Assembly (NCBI GenBank): GCA_963841435.1
Contig: CAWJCS010000003.1
Coordinates: 1,088,001-1,152,000 of the forward strand
Length of the DNA stretch: 64,000 nt
Source: an uncultured delta proteobacterium
Lineage (GTDB): Bacteria; Myxococcota_A; Polyangia; Polyangiales; Polyangiaceae
Direction of reading: 5' to 3'
Below the pieces are notes generated by a model. The model made no database searches, was not told the DNA's origin, and was given only the letters and a program-made list of their open reading frames with translations. Of this stretch, positions 18,728 to 28,799 are shown piece by piece (the stretch's first letter is position 1; the number at the start of each line of letters is the position of its first letter). Position numbers and translations under genes: made by a program.

Positions 18728-19798
18728 TCAAAAAATCCACTCCGAGGCGAGCCCGAACGACCCCCAGACCCGCCCAAGTTGACGAATTTCCCCGAAGTCT
18801 TCGATGATCAGGCGCGGCCGGGAGGTTTCCAATCCGACCGAAGCCGTGCCGACCAAGGCGAGCCAATCGCGTAGGTAAACGTGCGACACCGCACCGCTGC
18901 CGACCACGACCGAAACCCGTTGCGCCGAGCGGGCAGCGACCGTGGCTCCGACGCCACGAGCAGTAAAGCGATCGAGCCCCAAGCCGACGCACGGCCCGAT
19001 CTCGAGCCACGACGCTTGCCACTGACGACACGCCGAGAGCTCCGCCGTCATACGGCCGACGTGCGCGCCAACATCGGGGACCTCGCGCGACCAAAGGGTT
19101 TCCGCCTTGAAGATTCGACCCAGCGCGACGAAGCGCCAAGCCTCGAAGCGCACGCCGAGACCCGCGCCGAGCCCGAACCCGGCCTTCGGCAGCGGACCCA
19201 CGTTGACCGTTCCGAACGGTGCGCGAAGGATGGCCTGGAGCCTGCCCCCATCGGGTACTTCACGCTTCGTCTTGGTGTCGGCACGCTCGTTCTTGCTCGG
19301 AACGACGTCGGGCGCCGTCGCGGCGCGCGGAGGCTCCTCGGGGGCGACGGTTTCGTCCTTCCCCGGCTCGTTGGCATGCTCCGAGGAGGATGCGGCCTCC
19401 GCTTCCTTCGTTGACGCCCCTTTCCCCGGCTCGCTCCGAAGCAACAAGCCGAGGGCAACGGCAGCAGCCCCTGCGAGGTCCGCGCACGAGTCGGAATCGA
19501 TCACGCGCGTTCGAACGCTGCTCCCGTCGCGCACGGTCAGCGTGAGACGATAGCGATCGTCTTTCTTTACCACCTGCCCCTCGGCATGAAGCTCGCCTGC
19601 GGCCCGCAGCGACTCGCCGGCGAGCGAGCGAATGCGCTCACGCACGGCATCCTGCTGGGGACAGACCGGCGGCGCGTCCCAGGCAAGGTCCAGTGGCCCC
19701 TGGGCCATGACGCGCGCAGGCAGAAGCACCGCCGCGAGCCCCCACGCGACGATGCCGAGCAAGCGCCCGTCGCGGCTGCGTCGGTCAGGGAGCGGCAC
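18728..19798 (-). CDS. Exported protein with an N-terminal Cys-containing domain and a predicted C-terminal outer-membrane beta-barrel
   Basis: Signal peptide, WDAPPVCP...SCADLAGAAAV, then alternating beta-strands ending in ASEWIF (terminal Phe). Confidence 0.55.
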   Translation of the reverse strand: MPLPDRRSRDGRLLGIVAWGLAAVLLPARVMAQGPLDLAWDAPPVCPQQDAVRERIRSLAGESLRAAGELHAEGQVVKKDDRYRLTLTVRDGSSVRTRVIDSDSCADLAGAAAVALGLLLRSEPGKGASTKEAEAASSSEHANEPGKDETVAPEEPPRAATAPDVVPSKNERADTKTKREVPDGGRLQAILRAPFGTVNVGPLPKAGFGLGAGLGVRFEAWRFVALGRIFKAETLWSREVPDVGAHVGRMTAELSACRQWQASWLEIGPCVGLGLDRFTARGVGATVAARSAQRVSVVVGSGAVSHVYLRDWLALVGTASVGLETSRPRLIIEDFGEIRQLGRVWGSFGLASEWIF

Positions 19799-20660
19799 GG
19801 ATCGAAACATCGTCCACGTAAACGGTGGTGGCGGGCGGCGTGAGCGCATTCGCCAGGTTCCCGACGTACCAAAGTTCCGGCTCGGGAACGTCCGTGATGA
19901 TCCCCCGTGCTTCGAGCACCAGCTGCCCGTCCTGGTAGAGCGCGACCTCACCGCTCGCGTCCAGCGAGCGCAACCAGTGAAATTCGAGGTGAAACCACGA
20001 GCCGATCGGGATTTCGGGTGCGGTCAGCGACGCGCGGACCATCGAGCGCAAGAAGTCGAACACGTAGAGGGCGAGCCCACCGCCGTCCGTGTTTCCGAGC
20101 GAGACGTCCCAGAGCTTTTGCTGGGGGCTCCGAAAGTGCATGAGGTTCCAGTTGTCCGCGTTCGTCGCCGCCGCAGGCACGTAGTACCAGGCGCCGTAGA
20201 CACCGTCGTCGGGCAGCGCGCCCTCTCGCACGCAACGCGCCTGCAGGCCGTCGAGCTCAACGTCGGAGGTGACCGAGAAGGCGGCCGCGCGTTTCCCGGA
20301 ATGGACGGGCGCGGTGACGATGTCGAAGCCGGCTCCCGGATTGGCGACGCAAAAGCCATTGACGCGGGCGTAGTCACAGAAGCCGCCCTCGAAGCCGGTC
20401 GTCCAGGGAACGGGCACCGGATCGGTGGCTGGTGCCGCGACATCGGCGCCAGCGTCCGGAACGCCCAGGGCGGACCCACAGTTCCACTTTCCGACCGTAA
20501 GGTCCGGGTCGCAGGCCGCCGAGAGGCAGGCGAGCAGCAAGCCCAAGGGGCACCCGATAACCCGCACAGGGGGCGGGCGGACGCCCGGTGGGCGCCGGCG
20601 ATGGCCGGGCGCCAGCCGGGGGTCGAGACTCGCCGACACGCCGCCCGAGTCTCCATGCAC
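19785..20660 (-). CDS. Lipoprotein with a ConA/laminin-G (polysaccharide-lyase-like) beta-sandwich; true start probably downstream of 20660
   Basis: LLACLSAAC lipobox; WTTGFEGG, PVHSGKRAA, YGAWYYVP, IGSWFHLEF, GEVALYQDG, VYVDDVSI. Confidence 0.6.
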   Translation of the reverse strand: MHGDSGGVSASLDPRLAPGHRRRPPGVRPPPVRVIGCPLGLLLACLSAACDPDLTVGKWNCGSALGVPDAGADVAAPATDPVPVPWTTGFEGGFCDYARVNGFCVANPGAGFDIVTAPVHSGKRAAAFSVTSDVELDGLQARCVREGALPDDGVYGAWYYVPAAATNADNWNLMHFRSPQQKLWDVSLGNTDGGGLALYVFDFLRSMVRASLTAPEIPIGSWFHLEFHWLRSLDASGEVALYQDGQLVLEARGIITDVPEPELWYVGNLANALTPPATTVYVDDVSIRAAP

Positions 20661-20856
20661 GACCTCGCCTTGTCACTCTCCCCAAAATGGCGCAAGCGAA
20701 CAGCAAAAGGCCGCCCGATCCGGGACAGGCTTAACGGAAATGGGAGCGCCAGCCCACTGCTTTTCGCATGGCTCCGTCCGAAAGCACCTCGAGAACGTCC
20801 CGTTTCTCGCCGGGGGGAACACCGCGGCCGCTCCGCGGGCGAGGGCCAGCCCCACG

Positions 20857-21504
20857 ATGAACGCCCCCGCGCTACCGGGCCCACTTGCGCCAGAACATGA
20901 CCCATGGCCGAGCTGCGCTCAATCAAAGGAAAGCCTGTGCGCGCGGTACGCGCCGCGCGTCACGCGCCTGCTGCGCCACGCGCTCGGACGCGATTCCGAG
21001 CACGAGGACCTGCTTCACGAGATCTTGATCGTCGTCTTCACTCGCGTCGATACGGTTCGTGATCCCGGCTGTATGGACAGTTGGGTAAACCAGGTGGCCC
21101 TTACGACCATCCACAGCACGCTGCGCCGCCGCTACACCCGCCCGTTCGCCGCGCCCGACGCCGAGCTCGACCTCCCGGCGCGCCCCGTCGATGGGGACGC
21201 GAGTCTGGTCGCGGCGCACGCGCTCGATGCCATCGGACGCCTGCGGGAGGCGGATCGTCAGCTCCTCGAGCGACGGTGGTTCCGCCCCGGTACCATCGCT
21301 GCTCTCGCCTCGCAGTATGGCTGCTCCGCCATGACATTGCGCCGTCGCTTGCGGCGCGCCGAAGCTCGTTTCGTCCGTCTCGCCGCGCGCGACCCCCTGC
21401 TCCGAGCGCGACTCGAAAGCTCTAAGCTCGTGAGGACCACCGCCCGCACCCCGGCCAAGCTGGAAAGAGCCGGGAACCGCGCCGGCCGAGCGCCCCTGAG
21501 ATAG
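20857..21504 (+). CDS. ECF-type sigma factor (divergent)
   Basis: RYAPRVTRLLRHALGRDSEHEDLLHEI, SWVNQVA, and a region 4 HTH ALASQYGCSAMTLRRRLRRAE. Confidence 0.75.
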   Translation: MNAPALPGPLAPEHDPWPSCAQSKESLCARYAPRVTRLLRHALGRDSEHEDLLHEILIVVFTRVDTVRDPGCMDSWVNQVALTTIHSTLRRRYTRPFAAPDAELDLPARPVDGDASLVAAHALDAIGRLREADRQLLERRWFRPGTIAALASQYGCSAMTLRRRLRRAEARFVRLAARDPLLRARLESSKLVRTTARTPAKLERAGNRAGRAPLR

Positions 21505-21751
21505 GGCGGCCGGCAGCCGGGCGCCTCACGACCGATCCAAGGACCGGGCGCCTGGCCGGCCGACCGCCGGCGGCCGCTTTTGCACACGGGGTCCAGGGCG
21601 ACTTTACGCCTCGACTTGGCATGAAATGGGCCGATCGGCCCATTGACCGGCGCGGCTCTCGAAGGGCTCCATCTACTGCCGACATGGGCTTCGACCATCA
21701 GCCGCCACAAAAGAAAGACAACAAAACGGGCCCCAACGACAGGAGCCCATC

Positions 21752-22897
21752 ATGAGCCAACCGCGCGTGCTCGTCGTGCTGGGGACCGCCGACGTGTGGT
21801 CCCGCGGAATCCTTCGGGGTTTTACCGCCGTCGCTCGCGAGAGCGGCTGGGGGTTGCTCCACTACCATCCGTCCGCCGACCTCGCCTGGTTGGCGAGGGA
21901 ATGGGACCCGTCGATCGCCGTGCTCGGCCCAGACGCGGCGGGTGTCGTCCCGCACCTGCGCTGTCCGATGATTTCGGTCAACGCGGACCGCGTCCGCGAG
22001 CAAGCAGCCTGCGTTCTGCCCGACGAACAACGGATTGGCGAGCTGGCTCTTCGGCACTTCGTTGCTCGCGGGCTGGAGCACGTGACGACATTTCGCTTCG
22101 ATCAATCAGCGTTCGCCATTGCTCGCGAGCGCGCGTTCGAAGGGTGCGCGAGACAGGCAGGGGCCCAGCTTGCCACCCCCCATCGACCCGGACCTTCGGA
22201 GCCACATTCCACCGAAGACCGAGCCGAGATGGTCAGCTGGCTTCGAGCCTTGCCACGTCCCTGCGGCATCTTCACCTGCTGCGATTCGTGGGGGCGTGTC
22301 GTTGCGCGCTATGCCATGGCGGCCGGCCTGCGCGTCCCCGAGGACATTGCCCTCGTCGGGGCCGACAACGACATCGTCGAATGCGAGCTCATCGCCCCGC
22401 CGCTCTCCAGCGTCGCCATCCCATGGCGCACTCTCGGCGAGGAAGCGGCGAGGCTCGTCGCGCTCGCCCTGGCAGGGACGGACATTGCGGGCAGACGCGT
22501 CATCGTGCCGCCTGTGGACGTGGTGGCGCGCCGCTCGTCGGACGTTCTGGCGATCGACGATCCCGTCGTCGCCGACGCGGTGGCGTGGATTGGCTCGCAC
22601 GCCACGGGGCGCTTGCGGGTGCCGATGGTGGCGCGGGCCGCGGCGTGCAGCCGCCAGCGGCTGGAGCGCGGGTTTCGCGCAGCCCTCGGCCGGACCATTC
22701 GCGAGGAGATCCAGCGCGTCCGCGTCGAATCCGCGAAGACCATCCTCCGCGCCACGACGCTGGATCTGAAGGACGTCGCGAGGCAGACCGGCTTTACGAC
22801 CGCGGCACTGCTGAACGAGGCCTTTCGGCGCGAGCTCGAGATGACGCCCGGCGTCTACCGGCGCCGGATGAGGGCCGCCATCGACGCGGAAGCCTGA
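21752..22897 (+). CDS. XylR-type transcriptional regulator (LacI-like sensor plus AraC HTH)
   Basis: LPRPCGIFTCCD, VPEDIALVGADND, PPLSSV, RRSSD, SRQRLERGF..ALGRTI, TGF..F.RELEMTP..YR. Confidence 0.88.
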   Translation: MSQPRVLVVLGTADVWSRGILRGFTAVARESGWGLLHYHPSADLAWLAREWDPSIAVLGPDAAGVVPHLRCPMISVNADRVREQAACVLPDEQRIGELALRHFVARGLEHVTTFRFDQSAFAIARERAFEGCARQAGAQLATPHRPGPSEPHSTEDRAEMVSWLRALPRPCGIFTCCDSWGRVVARYAMAAGLRVPEDIALVGADNDIVECELIAPPLSSVAIPWRTLGEEAARLVALALAGTDIAGRRVIVPPVDVVARRSSDVLAIDDPVVADAVAWIGSHATGRLRVPMVARAAACSRQRLERGFRAALGRTIREEIQRVRVESAKTILRATTLDLKDVARQTGFTTAALLNEAFRRELEMTPGVYRRRMRAAIDAEA

Positions 22898-23368
22898 CGA
22901 GCGAGGCGGCGGCACGCGGGCCCGTCGCTTGAGGCGACACAGCTTCCTTCCGTCGCGAAAAGAAAGATCCAAGCGCCAGCGCGCTATGCCGCATGGCCGG
23001 CTACGCCGGGCGTGCTCGGCGATTTAGCGGGCTTTTCGCCGATCTTTGCTCGCGGGCCGACGAATTCGAAATGGGGACTGCGCGCTGGCGCATGTAGGGG
23101 GCGAGTCCGTGTCCGGATCCCGCGAACCGCACGACAGCACCACGAGCACCACCGAATGCGACTGCTTGGCCACCCGAAGCGCTCGATATACGCCAGCTTT
23201 CCCCAGCTCTTGCTCGCCGGCCGGGCCAGCGCCGGTCAGGGTCGAGCGTCCGCCGGCCGCCGGCTCGACCCGAACGATAGCGGGGACTCGGGCACCGGCG
23301 GGGGCGCGGGCTCGCACGGCGACGCGCGCTCGGAATGTTTTGGCCGGTTGGGGCCGAAGGAGGCAAGC

Positions 23369-25333
23369 ATGCGACGGTCAAACGTAACGAAAAGCTGGCA
23401 AGCCCGCTGGCTGGCTCGAGGCATCGTCCTCGTCGGTCTGTTGGTCGGTGCCTCGTGCTCCCAGGACCCGGGCCAGCCGTCGTCACCGGCCCCGAGCGGT
23501 CCTGGTAGCTGCATCGCGCCTGCCCAAGCCTGCAACGGCGCCTGCGCCAACCTGTCAGTCGATCCGACGAACTGCGGGACCTGCGGCGTGGCATGCCTCG
23601 CCGGACAGGCCTGTCAGGCGGGACACTGCACGCTGAGCTGCACGGCGCCCGAGCTCGACTGTGGGGGCCTCTGCGCCAACCCCGCGAGCAATGCGCTGCA
23701 CTGCGGCGGCTGCAACCGGCCCTGTGCGTCCGGCCAGATCTGTCAGAGCGGGGCCTGCGTGACCGGGAGCTGCGCGGCGGGGCAGTCCCTGTGCAACGGC
23801 GCCTGCGTCGATACGCTCGTTGACCTTGCGAACTGCGGCGGCTGCGCCGCTGCCTGTGCGGTGGGCCAGAGCTGCCAGGCGGGAATGTGCGTCGCTGCAG
23901 GGTGCCCTTTTGGGCAGTCGCCGTGCAGCGGCGTTTGCACCGACCTGACCACCCCCACGAACTGTGGGGGCTGCGGGGCGACATGTGCCGTCGGTCAAAG
24001 CTGCCAGGCGGGAATGTGCGTCACCGACCAAGGGAGCGCTGGAAGCGCCGGCGCGGGCGCCGGAGGCACTGCAGGAACGGGCGCGGGCGGAAATGCCGGG
24101 ACGAGCACGGGTGGTATTGCCGGAACGAGCCCCGGAGGCGCAGGGGGAACGAGCGGCGGCGCCGGGCAAGGCGGCACCGCGACCGGCGGCAGCGGCAGCG
24201 GCGGAACCGGTCCAGGCGTCAGTGAGTCGTCCAGTTGCCCGAACATCACCTGGCCGACCGCCAATGGCTCGAAGAACCTCGGCGGCGGGATGACCGTGGC
24301 CGCGAATCAGGTCTACGACGGCGGCATGGCGGTCCACGAGGGGTCACTCGAGGACTGCTCCACCGGCAATCAAGACACGGTGGCTCCGCTCATCGACGTC
24401 GCCAATGGCGGCACGGTGCGAAACGTCATCATGGGCAAGAATGTCGGCGACGGCATTCACTGCGAAGGCTCGTGCACGATCGAGAACGTGTGGTTCCCGT
24501 ACGTCTGCGACGACGCGATATCGGTGCTCGGCTCGGGCACGGTGTCGATCAAGAACTCGGGCTTCAAGAACGCTCGCGACAAGACCATCCAGCACAACGG
24601 GACCGCCAGCGTCACCATCGACAACGTGTACGTCGAGACCGCAGGCAAGCTCTACCGCTCCTGTGGCGAGGGCTGCAGCAGCAGCTCGAGCCGCACGGCG
24701 ACCCTCTCGAACATCGTCGCAATCGGAGTCGACCAAATTGCCGGCGCGAGCGAACGCGACACGGTCACCCTCAAGAACATCTGCATGTACCGCAGCTCGG
24801 CGGTCTGCACCGTTTACAAGCCGGGCACGAGCGACGAGTCCACCACGGGCGTCAATAGCTCCGACGAGGGGCCCAATTCGAATTGCAAATTCACGTCTGG
24901 GGACACGCATGCGTTGTTGACTCGCGTCGGCGGCATTCCTTTCACGACGGACGCCGTCTGCGGTGGCCCCAACGCCTACAAGTCGGGCAGCACGGCGACG
25001 AGCTGCGTGTCTGGCTTCGACAAGTGTTTGAAGGCGTGCATGCCGGGCGGCTATGGGTTCAAGGAAATCACCTGCACGAACGGGCGATATGCCGAAGGGA
25101 CCGGCGCGATCTGCGCCATGCCCACCGATCCCACGGCGGCGCAGAACCTCGCTCAGGCGCGAGTCACGTCCGGCGCCTCGGCGATGGTCAACAACAACGA
25201 CGATTGCCCGACGGAGTGGGCGCTCGGCATCGAAACCTCGAACAACGCCAACTACTGCGTCTGCGTGCACAAGCCGGGCTACTACCAACACGACAACTGG
25301 CTCGCTTGGGACTGTCAGCGCAGGTGGTGGTAG
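23369..25333 (+). CDS. Pectate lyase family PL3 lipoprotein with Cys-rich N-terminal repeats, a Gly linker and a Cys-rich C-terminal module
   Basis: AAGGAGG RBS; lipobox VGASC; repeats DPTNCGTCGVAC; PL3 motifs DGIHC, NVW..VCDDAI, DKTIQHN, GKLYRSCG. Confidence 0.88.
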   Translation: MRRSNVTKSWQARWLARGIVLVGLLVGASCSQDPGQPSSPAPSGPGSCIAPAQACNGACANLSVDPTNCGTCGVACLAGQACQAGHCTLSCTAPELDCGGLCANPASNALHCGGCNRPCASGQICQSGACVTGSCAAGQSLCNGACVDTLVDLANCGGCAAACAVGQSCQAGMCVAAGCPFGQSPCSGVCTDLTTPTNCGGCGATCAVGQSCQAGMCVTDQGSAGSAGAGAGGTAGTGAGGNAGTSTGGIAGTSPGGAGGTSGGAGQGGTATGGSGSGGTGPGVSESSSCPNITWPTANGSKNLGGGMTVAANQVYDGGMAVHEGSLEDCSTGNQDTVAPLIDVANGGTVRNVIMGKNVGDGIHCEGSCTIENVWFPYVCDDAISVLGSGTVSIKNSGFKNARDKTIQHNGTASVTIDNVYVETAGKLYRSCGEGCSSSSSRTATLSNIVAIGVDQIAGASERDTVTLKNICMYRSSAVCTVYKPGTSDESTTGVNSSDEGPNSNCKFTSGDTHALLTRVGGIPFTTDAVCGGPNAYKSGSTATSCVSGFDKCLKACMPGGYGFKEITCTNGRYAEGTGAICAMPTDPTAAQNLAQARVTSGASAMVNNNDDCPTEWALGIETSNNANYCVCVHKPGYYQHDNWLAWDCQRRWW

Positions 25334-25336
25334 CGC

Positions 25337-26998
25337 GTGCCGCTCGGAACCAAGCTCAAGACCCTCCGCGCCGCGTTCCTGGTCTCGCTGGCGCTGCCTG
25401 GGGCCTGCACGGACAACGCGCCTTCGCGCGACGTCAACGGCGGCCCTACGAAGGATGCCGGAGCGGGCTCTGGCGGAACCGGTGCAAAGCCCCCGGACGC
25501 CTCGGGGGGGACGGCAGGAACGGCCGGCACGACGGGCGGCGCCTCGGGCGCCAGCGGCTCGGACGCCGGACCGAGCGTCGATGCGTGTCTGCCCGAATGC
25601 AACGACCCGAATGGCTGCGAGCTCACGCCCCTCGAGCAAGCCGAGGTGGACTTCTGCAGGCTCTACGCGAAACGCTGCCCCGACCAGCCGGCGGACGTGC
25701 TGATGGACCCTGGTCCCGGCAAATCCGTCCCTGCGGGCCCCGTCGCACCCTCCACCCTCGCGCGGCCGCAGCTCGGCGAGGCCGAAGCCGACGGCCTTTA
25801 CACGCTCGAGAAGACCTTCGAGGCGGGCGGCATTTACACGGTCAGCTATTCCGGCGGTGGAACGGGCGGCGACGCGGCGGGTGCCGGCGGCGAGGGCGGT
25901 GACGGGACCGGAGCCGGTGGCGAGGGAGGCAGCGGCGTCAGCGAGCCGCTCGGAGAGCGGACCCTGTCATACACCTCCGAGGACGACTGGGATCCAAGAG
26001 GCGACATCGAAGACGTGACGAAGATCGTCCCGGGCCTCGTCGTCGATCCGGACGGCGATCCGGAAATGGACGGCACCTACAAGACGATCCAGTCGGCGAT
26101 CAGCGCTGCCGTCGTGGTCGCGGGGTGCCCGCGGGTCTTCATCAAGGTCATGCCGGGCACGTACCGTGAAAAGATCACGGTGCCCGCGAAGACCTCCTCG
26201 CCGCCCGTCACGCTTTACGGTGTCGACCGCGACCCGAGCCAGATCGTGATCGTCGCCGGCCACTCGGCAGCAGGCGCCGAGGGCGACGGTACACCGCTCA
26301 CCATTCACCAGTCGGCCACGTTCTCGAATTCGCTGCCCCAGGCCTTCCAGGCGAGAAACCTCACGATCGCCAACGACTACGTCGCCGGGACCTGGCCGGG
26401 CGACGCGGAGAGCCAGACCGCCGTTGCCCTTTTGAACCAGGGCGACAGGGCGGCGTTCGACAACGTTCGCATCGTCGGCCATCGCAACACCCTGTACGTC
26501 AAGTCAACGGGAACCAACGAGGTGGCACGCGCCTACTTTCGGAACTGCTACATCGAAGGGGACGAGGACATCATCCTCGGGCGAGGGGCGGCGGTGATCG
26601 ACGGGTGCCGCATCCATTCGCTCGGCGATCGCGTCTCGAGCGGCGCCATCGCGGCGCCGTCAACGCGCGTGGACAACCCACACGGGCTCCTGATCATCAA
26701 CAGTCAATTCACCGCCGACGCGAGCGTCTCGGACGTCTACCTCGGCCACCAGTGGTACGAGGGCGAAACCGAAGAGGCAGTCGGAAAGACGATCGTTCGC
26801 AACTCGATACTCGGCGCGCACATTCGCCTGGGGGACCCCTGGGCGCCGACGCTGCGCCTGACACCCAACAACCCGACGCTGCCCGAGCCCCTCGTCCTCT
26901 ACACGTCGGACGACTACTACGCACCTGGAACCGGTCTGATTCCGCCCGAGATCTTTGTGGCGGAATTCGGCAACTCCGGTCCAGGCGCCGCCCAGTGA
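25337..26998 (+). CDS. CE8 pectin-methylesterase-fold lipoprotein with altered catalytic motifs
   Basis: Lipobox LPGAC; YKTIQSAI, IKVMPGTYRE, SATF, QTAVAL, YIEGDEDIILG. The canonical QDTL reads RNTL and LGRPW reads LGHQW. Confidence 0.82.
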   Translation: MPLGTKLKTLRAAFLVSLALPGACTDNAPSRDVNGGPTKDAGAGSGGTGAKPPDASGGTAGTAGTTGGASGASGSDAGPSVDACLPECNDPNGCELTPLEQAEVDFCRLYAKRCPDQPADVLMDPGPGKSVPAGPVAPSTLARPQLGEAEADGLYTLEKTFEAGGIYTVSYSGGGTGGDAAGAGGEGGDGTGAGGEGGSGVSEPLGERTLSYTSEDDWDPRGDIEDVTKIVPGLVVDPDGDPEMDGTYKTIQSAISAAVVVAGCPRVFIKVMPGTYREKITVPAKTSSPPVTLYGVDRDPSQIVIVAGHSAAGAEGDGTPLTIHQSATFSNSLPQAFQARNLTIANDYVAGTWPGDAESQTAVALLNQGDRAAFDNVRIVGHRNTLYVKSTGTNEVARAYFRNCYIEGDEDIILGRGAAVIDGCRIHSLGDRVSSGAIAAPSTRVDNPHGLLIINSQFTADASVSDVYLGHQWYEGETEEAVGKTIVRNSILGAHIRLGDPWAPTLRLTPNNPTLPEPLVLYTSDDYYAPGTGLIPPEIFVAEFGNSGPGAAQ

Positions 26999-27036
26999 AG
27001 CAGATGAAAACCCCGCTAGGAGCTCAGACGAACATC

Positions 27037-28767
27037 ATGAAACGCTCAGCCATGCGATCATCAGGCAAGAACGTGAGCGCTCTGCTCACTTGGCTGTTTC
27101 GAGGCTCGATCCTCGTGGGCATGCCGTGCCTCGTCGGCTGCTCCTCGGGGGAAACACCACCGGCGTCGGACACGCCGAACAACCCGGTCACGTGCACGGC
27201 GCCCGAGGTCGATTGTGGCGGACGCTGCGTCAACCCCGCGAGCAACGCGCTCCACTGCGGCGGATGCAACCAGGCGTGCGGGTCCGGAGAAATCTGCGAA
27301 GGCAGCTCCTGTGTGACCGGCAGCTGCCCGACAGGACAGGACTTGTGCAACGGAGCTTGTGTCGACAAGCAGACGGATCCCGCGAACTGCGGAGCCTGTG
27401 ATGCCCCATGCCCCTCGGGCCAGAGCTGCGACTCCGGCGCCTGCGTCGGCGGCGGCAGCGGCGCGGGTGGGACCGGTGGAGCCGGTGGCAGCGGCGTCGG
27501 GGGGAGCAGCGGAGCCGGCGGCGGTTCCGGAGCCGGTGGCACGGGCGCGTCGAGCGGAACCGGAGGCGACGCGGGAGCCAGCGGCAGCGGTGCCGGCGGG
27601 AGCAGCGGAACCGGCGGTGACGCGGGAGCCAGCGGCACGGGCGCGTCGAGCGGAACCGGAGGCGGCTCAGGAACGGGCGGAACCGCAGGCAGCGCCGGAA
27701 CGGGCGGCAGCGGGGGCGGCACGAGCGGTGACTGCCGCGTCTGGCTCGCTACGGACGGCAACGACAGCAACGACGGGTCCGAGGCTTCGCCGGTCAAGAC
27801 GCTGCTGCATGCCTACGACCTGATGTGTCCGAAACCCCCCGACGGCACCGAGAACGGGGCGGAGTGCCTGGGCGCCGCGCCGAGGACCATCTGCGCGAAG
27901 GCCGGCACGTACCCGGTAACGGAGCGCTTGGAATTCAAGAAGACCCGCATGGGGACGGCGAGCAATCGCCTCATTCTGCAGGGCGATCCGGGCTCCACGG
28001 AGAGGCCGGTGTTCGACTTCCGCACCCAGGAGCGCCTCACTTGCGGGGCCAACCCCGACAACATCGGCGGCCTGACCGTCAATGCAAACTACGTGACGGT
28101 CAAGAACATCGCCGTACGAGGCGCCAACGACAACTGCATTCTGGTGCAAGGCAGCGAGGGTATGATCGAGCACGTCCTGACTTACGAGTGCGCCGACACC
28201 GGAATCCAGATCAGCTCCGGCGGCGAATTCACGGGCAGCGGCACGAACAATACGATCCTCAACTGCGATTCGCACAGCAACTACGACGTGCAGTGCAGCG
28301 GAGAGAACGCCGACGGCTTTGCCATCAAGGAGGGCACGGGAACGGGCAATGCGTTCATCGGTTGCCGCTCCTGGGACAACACCGACGACGGCTACGATCT
28401 CTACGCCTGGACCTCACCGGTGCGCGTCGAGAATTGCTGGGCCTTCGACCAGAGCAAGACCACCCAGGACACTGGCAGCGACGGCAATGGCTTCAAGCTC
28501 GGTGGCGACGGTGTCTCGGCCACTCACCAGCTCAAGGATCTGATCGCGGTCGGCAACAGCCGCGGCACGGGCAACGGCTTCACGGAGAATTCGAATCCGG
28601 CGTCGATGACCTGTACCGGGACCTGCGCTTCCTGGGGCAACAAGGTGGACGTCAACTCTATCGGCGGCGTGAGCACCACCGCGATCGGCAACGCCAACGT
28701 CACCAACATGGCCGCCGACAGCGCTCGCAATGCCGACGGGAGCCTGAAGTCGATCTCGTCGCTCTGA
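27037..28767 (+). CDS. Pectate/rhamnogalacturonan lyase family PL9 lipoprotein with Cys-rich repeats and a Gly/Ser linker
   Basis: Lipobox LVGC; GNDSNDGSEASP, NCDSHSNYD, ENADGFAIK, WDNTDDGYD, GNGFKLG. Confidence 0.88.
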   Translation: MKRSAMRSSGKNVSALLTWLFRGSILVGMPCLVGCSSGETPPASDTPNNPVTCTAPEVDCGGRCVNPASNALHCGGCNQACGSGEICEGSSCVTGSCPTGQDLCNGACVDKQTDPANCGACDAPCPSGQSCDSGACVGGGSGAGGTGGAGGSGVGGSSGAGGGSGAGGTGASSGTGGDAGASGSGAGGSSGTGGDAGASGTGASSGTGGGSGTGGTAGSAGTGGSGGGTSGDCRVWLATDGNDSNDGSEASPVKTLLHAYDLMCPKPPDGTENGAECLGAAPRTICAKAGTYPVTERLEFKKTRMGTASNRLILQGDPGSTERPVFDFRTQERLTCGANPDNIGGLTVNANYVTVKNIAVRGANDNCILVQGSEGMIEHVLTYECADTGIQISSGGEFTGSGTNNTILNCDSHSNYDVQCSGENADGFAIKEGTGTGNAFIGCRSWDNTDDGYDLYAWTSPVRVENCWAFDQSKTTQDTGSDGNGFKLGGDGVSATHQLKDLIAVGNSRGTGNGFTENSNPASMTCTGTCASWGNKVDVNSIGGVSTTAIGNANVTNMAADSARNADGSLKSISSL

Positions 28768-28799
28768 CGCTCGAAGAGAAACGGCACGAGTCGATCTCG

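Noticed and set aside
27450-27730. Tandem DNA repeats in GGC-rich stretches (also about 24030-24210 and 49160-49270)
   Set aside because: They encode Gly/Ser/Thr/Ala linkers inside lipoproteins and are not independent elements.
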